DNA of 64,000 bases from Octopus sinensis. Lineage: Eukaryota. The notes below the pieces were generated by a model, which had not been told where the DNA came from, did no database searches, and saw only the letters and a program-made list of their open reading frames with translations. Shown piece by piece: positions 1-11,634 of the stretch. The stretch is taken from positions 14,508,001-14,572,000 of the forward strand of contig NC_043016.1 in the NCBI RefSeq assembly GCF_006345805.1, read 5' to 3'. Position 1 is the first letter of the stretch; every line of letters begins with the position of its first letter. A program made the position numbers and the translations under genes.

Positions 1-292
1 CACTAAGCTACGTGCCTTCTCTGAAAATTAACAATCGACCGCTGATCTATCAACTCTTTCCTGTTCATGCATGTCTTCCCTATCTATATCTTCACCAAAA
101 CAGTCACTATTTCCATCTATCCTTCCCTCCCCACCCACTGAACATACCATAATACACTGACACCCTACATACACAGCCACATAATTCAAAATTAAATTCT
201 TGTGGAGATAGGCATGTTTAAATGGGACATGCTTTTGATAGATCTTGATTACCTCTGCAAACATATGTATGTGTAAATTATATATATATATA

Positions 293-488
293 GTTAATCC
301 AAACAAGAAAGCACAAAAAAGCACAACAACGCGAGGACGTGGAACAAATATAGTATTATTGGATGCTCAGGAAAGAAGGAGGGTTTAACGTTTCGAGCGG
401 AGCTCTTCGTCGGAAACATAGGAGAAGGAAAGATCCAGAGAAGGGAAGACAGAGGAAAAAAATCGCCAACGGTACACACGCGGTCACA
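293..488 (-). mobile_element. small CpG-rich element with a hammerhead-like motif, between (TA)n tracts
   Basis: Minus strand 417-383 reads GTTT-CCGACGA-A-GAGC(TCC)GCTC-GAAA-CG-TT-AAAC. Flanked by (TA)n at 279-292 and (AT)n at 489-498. Confidence 0.6.
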
Positions 489-498
489 ATATATATAT

Positions 499-2075
499 CA
501 TCATCATCATCATCATCATCGTTTAATGTCCGCTTTCCATGCTGGCATGGGTTGGATGGTTTGACTGAGGATTGGCGAGCCAGAAGGCTGCACCAGGCTC
601 CAATCTATCTGGCAAAGTTTCTACAGCTGGATGCCCTTCCTAATTCCAACCACTCTGAGAGTGTAGTGGGTGCTTTTACATTCCACTGGCACGAGGGCAA
701 GTCTGGCGGTTCTGGCAACGACTATACTCAAAAGGTGTTTTGTATGTGCTACCTGCATGGGAGCCAGTCTGGCGGCACTGGCAACGACCACACTTGAATG
801 TTGTTTTACACATGCCACCGGCACATGTGCCAGTAAGGCGACGCTGGCAATGATCATGCTTGAATGGTGCTTTTCACGAGTCACCAGCATGGGAGCCAAT
901 CCATGGCCCTGGCAACAATCACGCATGGATGTGCTTTTAACATTCCACTGGCATAAGTGCCAATCAGGCAGTACTGTCATTGGCCACGTCAGCGATTTTG
1001 ATTTCACTTGCCTCAGTAGGTCTTCACAAGCAAAGTTTATTGTCCAGTGAATGAGGGGTACTCATAAATGTGCTGGTTACAACCCATGCTCAGATGTGCT
1101 TTTAATGTTCCATTGGCACAGGTGCCAATCAGGTGGTACTGTCACTGGCCACGTCAGCAATTTTGATTTTGATTTTGAATTTGATTTCACTTGCCTCATT
1201 AGGTCTTTGCAAGCAAAATTTATTGTCCAATAAAGGAGGGGTCTTCATAAGTGGGCTGGTTACACCCACTGGTATAGGCCATGGGCTATGGTCTCACTTG
1301 GCTTGTTGGTTCTTTTCAAGCACAGTATATCTCCGTAGGTCTCGATCACTAGTCATTGCCTTGGTAAGGCCCAATGTTCAAAGGTGGTGCTTCACCACCT
1401 CATCCCAGCTCTTCCTGGGCCTATTTCTTCCTCAGGTTCCCGCAACTGATAGGATGCGACACTTTTTCAAACAGCTGTCCTCCTTCATTCGTAACACATG
1501 ACCATACCAGCACAGTTGTCTCTCTTGCACACCACATCTGATGCTTCTCAGGTCCAATTTTTCTCTCGGGGCAATTACACTCTGTCGAGTATGCACACTG
1601 ACACTACACATCCATCGGATCATACTGGCTTCATTCCTTGCAAGCTTACGCATGTCCTCAGCAATCATGGCCCATGTTTCACTGCCATGTATCATGGCTG
1701 TTCGTACACATGCATCATACAGTCTGAGCGAGAGGCCTTTTGTCACAAGCAGAGGTAGGAGCTCTCTGAACTTTGCCCAGCCTATTCTTATTCTAGCTGC
1801 TACACTTTCAGAGCATCCACCCCTGCTACTGACTAGGTCCCCTGGGTAATGGAAGCTATCAACTACTTCCAGTTTTTCTCCTTGGAATGTGACGGAAGCT
1901 GTTCTCTGCACATCTTCAGTGTTTATTGCTCCTGAGCATCTGCCACACACAAAACCTATCTTCTCAGTTTGCCTTCCTTTGATATTGCTGCACCTCTTAT
2001 GTGTCCATAGCTTACACTGGGTACATCTTATGGAGTTTCTACTGACACTTTTTCTACAGATCTAGCAGGGCCATC
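499..2075 (-). mobile_element. 5'-truncated RTE LINE (RT C-terminus plus 3' UTR and (GAT)n tail)
   Basis: ORF 1432-1950 contains RIGWAKFRELLPLL, LYDACVRTAMIHGSETW and WYGHVLRM. The 3' UTR carries repeats and ends in (CAT)n at 499-520 on +. Confidence 0.9.
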
Positions 2076-2589
2076 CACCAATATATATTAGTAGAGATAC
2101 CCAGCATTACTTGGGATTAAAATGGTATAATTTGTACATATATTACAGTCATGATGAAACATGTGATACGGGTAAGTGCAGCATTGATGATAAAACGTAT
2201 GTGGAGTAAATGATGGGTTAATTTGACTAAGCGACATATCATGCGTCCATTTGGAGGATTCCAGGCCCTAACCTGTCATGGAAAATTGGGAGTGGGGGGT
2301 ATGTGATTTTTGAACGCACTGAAAAGCTGTCAGTGGATGTAATCTCTTTTGCGGCGGTTGACAGTTGAATGAATATAGGTGTAATGGAAATATTGTATGT
2401 AAATGGGTATTTTCGAGAAAGGGGCTGCAATGGGAGACGGCAACGGGGAAGTGAACTGTTGAAATGTTGCAGAAGGCGAAGGGTTGACATTGGATTGCTG
2501 GTGTTGCTGTAGAATAAGAAACATAATCTGAGCCTATGCAGTCACAGGAGAAGAATGTAGTTATGGATAACTTGAAGAAATAATGCATA

Positions 2590-2870
2590 ATGGCTTACCG
2601 AGCAGTCGGTGGGAGTAATTGGAGAAAATGCTTTGGTACTGAAGTCCATGCAGGAAACTGCTTTGTTGGTGCAGTCTTTGGGTTTGTTGGTATTTTGCCA
2701 AAATGGTATCCATCTTCACCATTCACAAAGAACAGTGGATACCAGAGCGTATCGTGGGGTGTAGTAATTCCTACAAAACCTCTTGGTAAACAATATTCTT
2801 TGTTTTCCCCTTTCAGAACAAATGTAAATAGATTTACAAACATTGGTCCAATATCTTCTCCTCCATGAGG
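2590..2870 (-). mobile_element. Helitron Rep fragment
   Basis: HDTLWYPLFFVNGEDGYHF resembles the Helitron Rep motif YDxLQYPLxFxxGEDGYHF. Flanks are not recognisable. Confidence 0.5.
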
Positions 2871-3140
2871 CCTAACATCCTCTTATTGGTCCTGAGTACT
2901 TCCTCTCATCTCTTCTTGGGTCTCCTTCTTCCACAGTTCCATCTGCTTTAAGCAATCAGCATTTCTTTACTCAGCTGTCTTCATTCATAAGCATCATATA
3001 TGTCCAAACCAACACAGTCCTCTCTCACTCACATGCTGCATCTTATTCCTCTTATGCCCAACTTTTCTCTCAGCCCTTTTACACTTTGTTGCACATGCAC
3101 ACTGATGTTGCGTATCCATCAGAACGTACTAGCTTCTTAT
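2870..3140 (-). mobile_element. degraded RTE 3' ORF fragment
   Basis: Similar to 1380-1640 (tcttcttgggtct...cttccacagttcc, catatgtccaaaccaacacagtc). Confidence 0.55.
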
Positions 3141-3163
3141 CATTTAATAATATGTTTATTATA

Positions 3164-4035
3164 TTGGTCCATCCCATAAATAATGCAGTATTTTTATAGT
3201 TCTTATATTTTTCAAAGTTCTTTTTTAATCTAAAATATACTCTCCTTCATTTTCTACAATGCTCTTCCCTCTATCTGGTACACTTGCAAGGCTCCTCTTT
3301 CAAAATTCATTTGTCCGTGATGAAAAATATTTCTCCAGTACTGTTCTGACTTTGTCTACAGAGTTTGTATTTTCTCCATCCAAATGATTTGGAAGACTGT
3401 GAAATCAATGATAATCAGATGGGGCATTGTCTGGCGAATATGGTGGGTGGGGCATCATTTCCCATTCAAACTGCTCCAGCCGTTGGAATGTCATCCTCGT
3501 TGTATGTGGCTGAGTATTATCCTGATGGAAGAATACCTTTTGTCCTGAAACCAAAGACGGTCGTTTTCCCTCTAGCAATGAATGGTTGAATGACCAAATC
3601 CAAGCCTCTCTGCTAGTTCCTTAACAGTTACAATAGGATTTTGTTCCACCAGGGTTTGCAGGACATCCTTGTTGAGCTCTACAGATCTTCCAGGATGAGA
3701 CTTGTCTTCTAGGCTATAGTTTCCGGCTCAGAATTTCTGGAACCACTCTTGACACTAGTTTACACTTATTGTCCGATCCCCATATACTGCATTGTTGTTT
3801 TTATTGAACTCATAAAGCAAAATATGCCAAATATGCTCCTTTGTCACTTCCATTATAGGTTTGAAAAAATAACTGTTAAAATCGAACTGCACTCTTCAAA
3901 ACTTGCACTAAGAATAAGTCAAAGGTAAATTACTACCTGATTTTATAGCAAGTTGATGCAGGTAGTTTATCCTGTCCCTCTCTGACTTCTAGTTCATGCA
4001 ATTGAAAAAACTACATTATTTATGGGATGACCCAA
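3164..4035 (-). mobile_element. internally deleted mariner element with both TIRs
   Basis: 25-bp TIRs TTGGTCCATCCCATAAATAATGCAG / CTACATTATTTATGGGATGACCCAA with TA on both sides. The - strand encodes HQDN..H and HPPYSPDNAPSDY (3411-3440) plus HTH remnants. Confidence 0.9.
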
Positions 4036-4599
4036 TATTTGTTAGATTTTATATCTTACTAAGAAAGATCTTTTTAAATTATCAGTAGATTATTTTCACT
4101 TTAATTTTTTCTTTCTGTATATCTTTTCTTGCGATTTATATTATACAAATATTACTTCCATTTTTTTTTTATATGTATTTTCATTGATAATTTGTCTTTT
4201 ATGGATTCTTAAAGGGATAGGTTGCATGTAAGCTTTTGGTATTCATTGAGGGTCTGGAACGAACTACCCCTTAATCCATATGTTTTGATTTTAAGTTGCA
4301 AGCATGGCTGTGTGGTAAGAAGTTTGCTTCCCATCCACATGCGTTTGGGTTCAGTCCCACTGCTTGACGCCTGAACGAAGCCCATTAACTGAATCTCAAA
4401 GTGCATAAAGCTCGAAATAATGATATGTAACTATTAGGTTGAGAAACCCTTTTTTGGATAGAAAAGGGAGATATGGGTTCATGTCCCTTGGTTGGTTTTT
4501 GACTTTTTTTCTACTCAAAACGGTTTTTCAACCTGATATTTTCATGTTACTATTTATAGCATTTATGCTTCAAGATCCAGTTTTTCAAAATGAATTAGT

Positions 4600-5150
4600 G
4601 GCTCTCGTGGCTTCTGATCTTAACTGATTGGAAGTGTTATCATGCACGTTTTGTCTTGGTATAAAAGATGGGCTACAGCAAATATTCTGCTCAATACCAC
4701 AGATTTGCTTGACAATTGTTTGACCTTAACCAGTTGAACATATTCCTTAGTGGCTGACGATATGTGCATCTCTGATCACGAGCAGAAGTAGTGGGGGAGC
4801 ATCATAGCCATGTGTTGAGAGGGATTCTTTGGGGTTTGAATAATTCACCTCTGGAAACATGGGTGGTTCTTTCAACATCCTTAAACAACCCTTATTCAGG
4901 GACCTTTTGAGCGGGATGGGCTACTCAACCTGAAGAAAATTCTAACTGGGCCCCACCTGCAAGGTCATGTGCTGTTTATCTTGATATGAGATCACCATGT
5001 CGTGCACATTTGGCTGTGATGCATGTGCCTAGTGTACCCTTATCAGACGGGTAGTCATGATGGGTATACTGTGCTTCGTATATTTTACCCCAGTGTCACT
5101 TTGATGGCATGCTCTGCTCTCTCACTCAATAATAATAATAATAATAATAT
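4600..5150 (+). mobile_element. structured element ending in (AAT)n; probable non-LTR 3' end
   Basis: A GC-richer block with a hairpin near 5030-5070 that ends CACTC-AATAATAATAAT at about 5128-5150. Single copy in the window, so the identity is uncertain. Confidence 0.4.
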
Positions 5151-5154
5151 TCAT

Positions 5155-5365
5155 AATCCTTTCTACTAAAGGCACAAGGCCTGAAATTTGAGGAGAAGAG
5201 ATTAGTCGGTTGCATCAACCCCAGTGTTTCACTGGTACTTAATTTTTCAACCCCCAAAAGAATGAAAGGCAAAGTTATTCTTGGCAGAATTTGAACTCAG
5301 AACATAAAGACATGAAATATCGCTAAGCATTTCATCCAGAGTGCTAATGATTCTGCCAGCTTGCT
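5155..5365 (-). mobile_element. tRNA-derived SINE family B
   Basis: Reverse copy of the family at 31920-32125 and 46029-46244 (GCTGGCAGAATC...GTTCAAATTC...AAGTACCAGT...AGTAGAAAGG). Confidence 0.75.
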
Positions 5366-5501
5366 GTTTTAAAACCTAAAGATGGATGGAACACCTCTAA
5401 GCATTTTCCCCAGTTTGCTAATGATTCTGCCAGTTTGCCCTTAATAATAATAGAACAGTATTTTTAATTAGCAATTATATTCTTTTTCTTTTTACTCTTA
5501 G

Positions 5502-5716
5502 GGGAAGAACAAGCACTTATGACTGGACGTCGTCTCCTAGAACTTAAAATTCCCTTTACAAGGATTGTTTCATCAACTATGATGCGTGCAGACCAAACAG
5601 CTAAAATTGTACACCAATTCTTTCCTGATTTGCGCTTGGAATATAGCGACCTTCTCCGAGAAGGAATGCCAATACCACCTGAACCGGCACGTACAAGCTG
5701 GAGACCTGAATGGAAG
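5502..5716 (+). CDS. PGAM5: PGAM5 mitochondrial Ser/Thr phosphatase, internal exon (phase 1 to 0)
   Basis: ttag|GG...TGGAAG|gtgatt. Encodes GEEQALMTGRRLLELKIPFTRIVSSTMMRADQTAKIVHQFFPDLRLEYSDLLREGMPIPPEPARTSWRPEWK, matching the PGAM5 SSMxRAxET and DLLREGAP motifs. The upstream RHxxY exon was not found in the window. Confidence 0.95.
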
Positions 5717-6119
5717 GTGATTATATTTTGAAAATTCTTTTAATGAACTCATTTAAAAAACACCAACCGAACCATAGGTTTGGCTATACACACACACAGA
5801 CACACAGACACACATCTAAAAAATAGACACCATCATTTTTTTTAAAGATTTATTTCTACAAAGAAAATAACATCATTTGATGCATCTAAATATTTAATCT
5901 AGGATTTAATGTAGCAGGCATGTTTTAACCTGTTTGTGTATTGTACTAACGAGTAGTGTTTGCACTAATAAAATGGTATAATGAGGGGCATCTAGTTAAA
6001 TTGTGAGACATCTGTATCGATCAGTTTGAAACCTTCTCATGAGTTTCTTTGAATTTTCTTCAATTACTTCAATATATAATAGTTCGGTTGTTGAAATAGA
6101 ATTAAGCTGATTTAATTTA

Positions 6120-6390
6120 ATCAGGCTCCAGTCTGATCTGGCAGTGTTTCTACAGCTGGATGCCCTTCCTAATGCCAACCACTCCGCGAGTGTAGTAAAT
6201 TTATCCTATCGGAGATGTGTAAATTTACTACACTCGCGGAATGGTTGGCGTTAGGAAGGGCATCCAGCTGTAGAAACACTGCCAGATCAGACTGGAGCCT
6301 GGTGCAGCCCCTGGCTTCCCACACCCCGGTCGAACCGTCCAACCCGTGCTAGCGCGGAAAACGGACGTTAAATGATGATGATGATGATGA
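6120..6390 (+). mobile_element. short RTE 3' end insertion with a 5' fold-back and TSD
   Basis: Inverted arms at 6122-6203 and 6220-6301, a (GAT)n tail, and ATTTAATTTA at both 6110-6119 and 6391-6400. Confidence 0.85.
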
Positions 6391-6699
6391 ATTTAATTTA
6401 TATTCAATTCGTTTTTTAAAATACTGATTTAGATTATTTTTGTTTTTGTTTCTAAGTTAGAGGCTTTAGTAAAGTTTGCTATTGTTTGTTGGTTGCATTT
6501 TTATATCACCAAAATAAAAATTTTCACACTTGCCTCCAGTAGAGTAGTTGAAATAACAAGGATTGAACTAATGACCGTGTAGTCAGTAATTCATTAGTTT
6601 ACATTATTCTAAACCGTTGATTGATTAGATATTCATCATATACTTGCACTCAAGCAGTGATTATATATATATAAGCAATGCAGTTAGAACTGGCCTTCT

Positions 6700-6930
6700 G
6701 GGTGTGCTTTTACCATTTAAACCAGCCATATCCAGCCCAGATATTCTACCATTTTTAATGCTGAAACCAGCCAGATTTGGTCTTTCTCACCTACTCTGCA
6801 ATGTCATTCTAAAATTAAACAATTATATTGTTAAAATCTTGAAGCTGCAAAATGGTGCATGATTGAATATTAAAACATGAATATGTAAGCATTACATTTG
6901 ACAGAATAAACGGCAAATGCTAAAGATTAA
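6700..6930. mobile_element. degraded piggyBac-type MITE
   Basis: Reverse-complement similarity to 57509-57729; ends AATGCTAAAGATTAA. Confidence 0.45.
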
Positions 6931-7873
6931 TTTGTTTGATTGATATTCCCTGCACTTTGGTGGGACCTTGTTTATCGCATGCTGTCTGAGCACATTGTTA
7001 CTTTGTTCTTGTATGTTAGTAGGTCATTGTGGTAGTCGCAATGAAGATAAGAAATGTCCATGAACAAAGTAGATATGCCACACCTTGGTGTTTGAAAGTG
7101 ATTGAACATTTAATAAGAATAGAGATTATGTCAGACTTTACTTTCATTTTACTTTCATGCGATCTTTCATTTTAAGTAGCTTTTTAGTTTCATTCTGCAG
7201 TATGTTTGTGAGTGTGCAATGTCTACAGCCAGTGGTGAAGTGGTCTTTAACTGATTTGTGATTTATTGTGGAGACACCGGGATCCATAAGAGGACTGACA
7301 CAAGCAAAGATTGGGCTGAGGTATTCTATTTCATGCTAGCCATACTGCGTTCTGTGTGAACATTTGAGCCAGCTGACGGTTGTAGAAGGATGTACAAGGA
7401 AGAAATTGCAGGAAGGAAATGGCGTAGTAGTTAGTTAGCTTTGGATTTGGCATGTTGGGTGGACAATATGAGGAAGATGTGCTTGATTGGAGATAGCACA
7501 AGGGCCAGTAGCTTTGAAGAGCTGAGGGTATCAGATGCTGTAGAAAAAGCAGAGAATGAAGACTGTAATGTCATTGGGCTAAATGTTGGTGAGTGGCCTT
7601 CCTTTGGATGAGGTAAGATGTCAGTGTGTGTAGCAGCGGCGGCAGCAGCACACCCCTGATGCAGGAGCGGTCTTCCATTGCAGTTCTCATCTGAATATTG
7701 CAGAAATGGAGAAATGAGGAGTGGAAATATTTTCAGACTCTGCGAGTGAATGCTTTGTATTTTAAATGCTTCCAACATCCTTAGTTTTTACATTTCAAAA
7801 CCTTCACTTGATACATTTAAATTTTTGATGTTGATCAAAAGCAATTAATATTTGGATTCTTTGTTCCTTCTAG

Positions 7874-8004
7874 TTCTTAGCTGATGGTCCCAGAATAGAA
7901 GCAGCATTCCAAGAATATTTCCACCGTGCTAATATCGACCAGAAAGACGATAGCTACGAAATATTAGTGTGCCATGCTAATGTCATCCGATATTTTGTAT
8001 GTCG
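7874..8004 (+). CDS. PGAM5: PGAM5 internal exon (phase 0 to 2)
   Basis: ctag|TTC...TGTCG|gtaggt. Encodes [44 protein letters not shown], with the hallmark RIEAAF and CHANVIRY motifs. Phases join the flanking exons. Confidence 0.96.
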
Positions 8005-8360
8005 GTAGGTGTAACTTTATTTTATTTCCTTCTGTTTTACTTTTGTTTTTTGTATAAATTTTGTTTTCAGCTTTCAATTTAGGGTGGATATTGAAGTGTG
8101 GTTAATGTCTAAGACACTGAATCCTCTTTGAGCATCAGAGTATTTTGTGCTTGCTCAGTTTCTCTGAAACATCTTGCCCATTCTTTTTTGGTACTTTCTT
8201 TCAGCTCATTCTTGCTGTATGGAAGCTAAGAAGGCTCTCAGCACCAGAGATTTTTATTTCATTAAATGCAGGAGAGGCATCCATAATCTTTCTAGACATG
8301 TCAGGTTGATGTGATTCTTATCTAAATTGAAGAGAGAGAGAGAGTATATATGTAAGCATG

Positions 8361-8362
<2 letters not shown>

Positions 8363-8408
<46 letters not shown>
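8363..8408. repeat. (TC)n microsatellite
   Basis: Perfect dinucleotide run. Confidence 0.95.
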
Positions 8409-8411
<3 letters not shown>

Positions 8412-8485
8412 GACTGATTGGAATTGGTGTTAATGTGACATAGTTTCCTGTGGAATATTTGCAAATTATTCAGCTACAGTATTCA

Positions 8486-8830
8486 GACATGGCTGTGTGG
8501 TTAAGAAGTTTGCTTCCCAACCATGTGGTTTCAAGTTCAATCCTACTGTATGGCACATTAAACAAGTGTCTTCTTCAATAGTCTTGTGCTGTCCAAAGCC
8601 TTGTGAGTGGATTTGATAAACAGAAACTGAAAGAAACCCATATGTATGTGTTTGTGTGTGTGTCTTTGTATCACTGCTTGACAACTGGTATTGGTGTGTT
8701 TACATCTCGGTAACTTAGCCGTTCAGCAAAAGAGACTGATAGAGTAAGTACCAGGCTTTTAAAAAAATGAGCACTGAGGTCAAATTGTTTGAATAAAATT
8801 CAAGGCAGTGCTCCAGCATGGCTGCTCTCC
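8486..8830 (+). mobile_element. tRNA-derived SINE family A
   Basis: Head CATGGCTGTGTGGTTAAGAAG...GTTCAATCC, core CCAAAGCCTTGTGAGTGGATTTG, internal (TG)n, tail GGTGCTCCAGCATGGC. Confidence 0.85.
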
Positions 8831-9032
8831 AAGTAAAAGGTAAGCACACACACGCGCACACATTTAGATAAGGATAGTTATGACCTGTCTGTTGGGTTAC
8901 CCAGGGTTTTGCGTCCATAAAGCACTTTACATCATCTTATCAGACCCCAATGACCAGTGGTCTATACAAGCACCTTTATCTACTCTACTACTCTATAATT
9001 TAGAGTGTTCTCTTTCTGATTTCTGATTTACT

Positions 9033-9036
<4 letters not shown>

Positions 9037-9108
<72 letters not shown>

Positions 9109-9112
9109 TATA
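9037..9112. repeat. (TA)n microsatellite
   Basis: Near-perfect run abutting a (CAT)n RTE tail. Confidence 0.95.
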
Positions 9113-9660
9113 TCATCATCATCATTTAGCGTCCGCTTTCCATGCTAGCATGGGTTGGACGGTTCGACTGGGGTCTGGGAAGCCAGAAGGCTGCATCAGG
9201 CCCAGTCCAATCTGGCAGTGTTTCTACAGCTTGATGCCCTTCCTAACGCCAACCACTCCGTGAGTGTAGTTGGTGCTTTTTATGTGCCACCGGCATGAAA
9301 GCCAGTCAAGGTGGCGCAGGCATCGGCCACGTTCGGATGGTGCATTTTACGTGCCACCGGCACATGTATCGTAACTACAATTTCTATTTGATATTTATTT
9401 TGATGTTGATGTACTTGACTGAATAGGTCTCCTCAAGAACAGCGGGTCACTCTACGATCCAAGGTTAGCACAGCAGGTCGTTCTGCAATCCAAGGTACTT
9501 TGAATGGGCTGGGGCTATGCGAAACTGGTGCAGGAAGCAGCCCGAGTCTTTGCAGTCACAGCATATCTGCAGAGATCTCGGTGTTTCTTCATTGTCTCTG
9601 TGAAGCCCAGCATTTGAAGGTCATGCTTGACTACCTCATTCCATGTCTTCCTGGGTCTAT
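9113..9660 (-). mobile_element. RTE 3' UTR plus ORF end
   Basis: (CAT)n-TTTAGCGTCCGCTTTCCATGCTAGC...GCCCTTCCTAACGCCAACCAC, then ORF-end similarity near 9560-9660. Confidence 0.85.
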
Positions 9661-10280
9661 TTGGTGATGGAAAGAGGAAAAATACAAGTATATATATGTT
9701 TTTATTAACAATTGGCAGAAATTAGAGTGACTGAAAGGCTAAGAGTTTCCTATGTTGGCACTTATTCAGGACTCAAAATTACGATCTTATGATCATGAAT
9801 GAAATGTCCTTACCACTAAGCTACACACCTTCACAGATGTGTTAAACAAGGAAATCATTTTGTGCGTGTGTGTGTTTGTGCGTGCGCTTATGTGTGTGCG
9901 TGCGTGTATACATGCATGCATGCATGTTTATTTGTGTTTTGTTTGTCTCGCTGTATTGTTTGACAATAGGTGCTGTTTCGTTTCGGCCCTATAACTGAAA
10001 AGTTTAGCAAAGTCTATCTTAGAAGACTGAAAAAAAAAGTACACATGGAAGTCAGTTTGTTCGAGAAAACCATTCAGGGTGGTGCCCCAACATGGCCACT
10101 GTCCAATGACTGAAACAAAAAATAAAGAAAAAAGATAACACGCACTACCTAGTGTGAAAAATTACTAAAGAATTTTTCGCCATTTGTTTTGTACCGAATA
10201 AAAAAAATGTAGCTGAAGGGAGATAATATTAACTTCCTGAATGATTATTTCCCTTATGTTGTACACTTTGCTAATCGCTG

Positions 10281-10315
<35 letters not shown>

Positions 10316-10319
10316 TAGG

Positions 10320-10748
10320 CGCGGGCGTGACTGCGTGTTATAGGTTTCATATTCTGTTCCACTACATGAATGACACCTTGGGCAAGTGTATTTTACTTTA
10401 TGTGGATCAAAATTATACAAATGACAAAAAACAAATAGGCGAGGGAGCAATAAACAGGCTTTGACACACAAGGAAAATTGAAGAAATCTTTGACAACCCC
10501 GGGCTGACCAAAGCATAGATGGAAACAGAAAGAAGCTCCTTGTATGTGTGTGCGTTTGTGGTTTTCTTTTACCACTATTTGACAACTGGTGTTGGTTTGT
10601 TTTTGTCTACCATAACTTGGCAGTTCGGCAAAAGAGATTGATAGAATAAGTAACTGGATTTACAAAGTAAGGACATGGAACGATTCGTTGAAGGCAGTGC
10701 TCCAGCATGACCACAGTCCAATGGCTGAAACAGGTAAAGGATAAAAGA
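10320..10748 (+). mobile_element. SINE family A, rearranged copy
   Basis: CACCTTGGGCAAGTG core and CAGTGCTCCAGCATGACCACAGTCCAATGGCTGAAACAG tail. Confidence 0.65.
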
Positions 10749-10769
10749 TATATACACATGCGTATATAC

Positions 10770-11634
10770 CCTGGAAAGTCAATCAGAGCCATTGCAAAGG
10801 ATCTCAAGGTTTCAGAATGGTACCATCAGAAGAGTTGTGCATAAGGACATCTGGTGTAAGTTGTATATAATGCGGAAGGGTCAGTTTATGTCGGATGTGA
10901 CAAAAGAGAACTGTTTGATCCATGCAAAGACCCTGCTAAACAAGTTAAAAAAGAAGTTGGAATTTTTTTTTTTTTTTTCTGGTGTAAAATGTTCAGTGAA
11001 GACCCAAAGGTAAACTGAAGGAACGACAGAAACCGAAATGAGGTTTTCAGGGTCAACCAGCGACTGGGATGGTTCTAGGAGCTGTCAGTAATGAGGGAGA
11101 TGTTGTTCCTCCTCACTGTTTTTCTCGGGGTTTATACAGAGGAGTTGGAGAAAGTTGTGAGGCCCTGGACAGACAATGTCATGAAAGCCAGTACATCTTC
11201 CAACAAGACTCTGCACTCACTCTTAAGGCTGGGACAACCCAAGCATGGCTGCATGTTGGAGTCTCCATAATCATGTTCTCCCAGATATATAGCCTCCTAC
11301 TTCACCAAACCTCAATTCACTGGCCTATTATGTGTAGGGCTTAGTTGAGAGAGAGGCCAGTCAACACCCCTGTAACACCATACAATCCCTCAAGGTCGCT
11401 ACAACCAGCACAATGTCTAAAATTGATGAAGATCATCTGATTCAGGCATGTCAACATATTGAAGCAGCCATCAATACTAACAATGGATTTATTGAATAAG
11501 TGTGATTCTCAAGATTATTTGTACCAAATCATTTTCAAACATAGTTTTTCTTTGATGAGTTATTCATCTTTTTCTAAATTCATACAAATGACAAAGATGG
11601 CTGTGAGTATCTGGCTATTGGATGCGCCACCCTG
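10770..11634 (+). mobile_element. Tc1/mariner-superfamily (maT/DD37D-like) transposase relic
   Basis: KSIRAIAKDLKVS, TIRRVVHKDI..MRKGQF, MVLGAVSNEGDVVPPH and FQQDSA. The right end reads CCACCCTG. Multiple frameshifts. Confidence 0.75.

Noticed and set aside
7431-7778. 115-aa - strand ORF in PGAM5 intron
   Set aside because: No splice support and no clear domain; at most a faint LINE endonuclease remnant.
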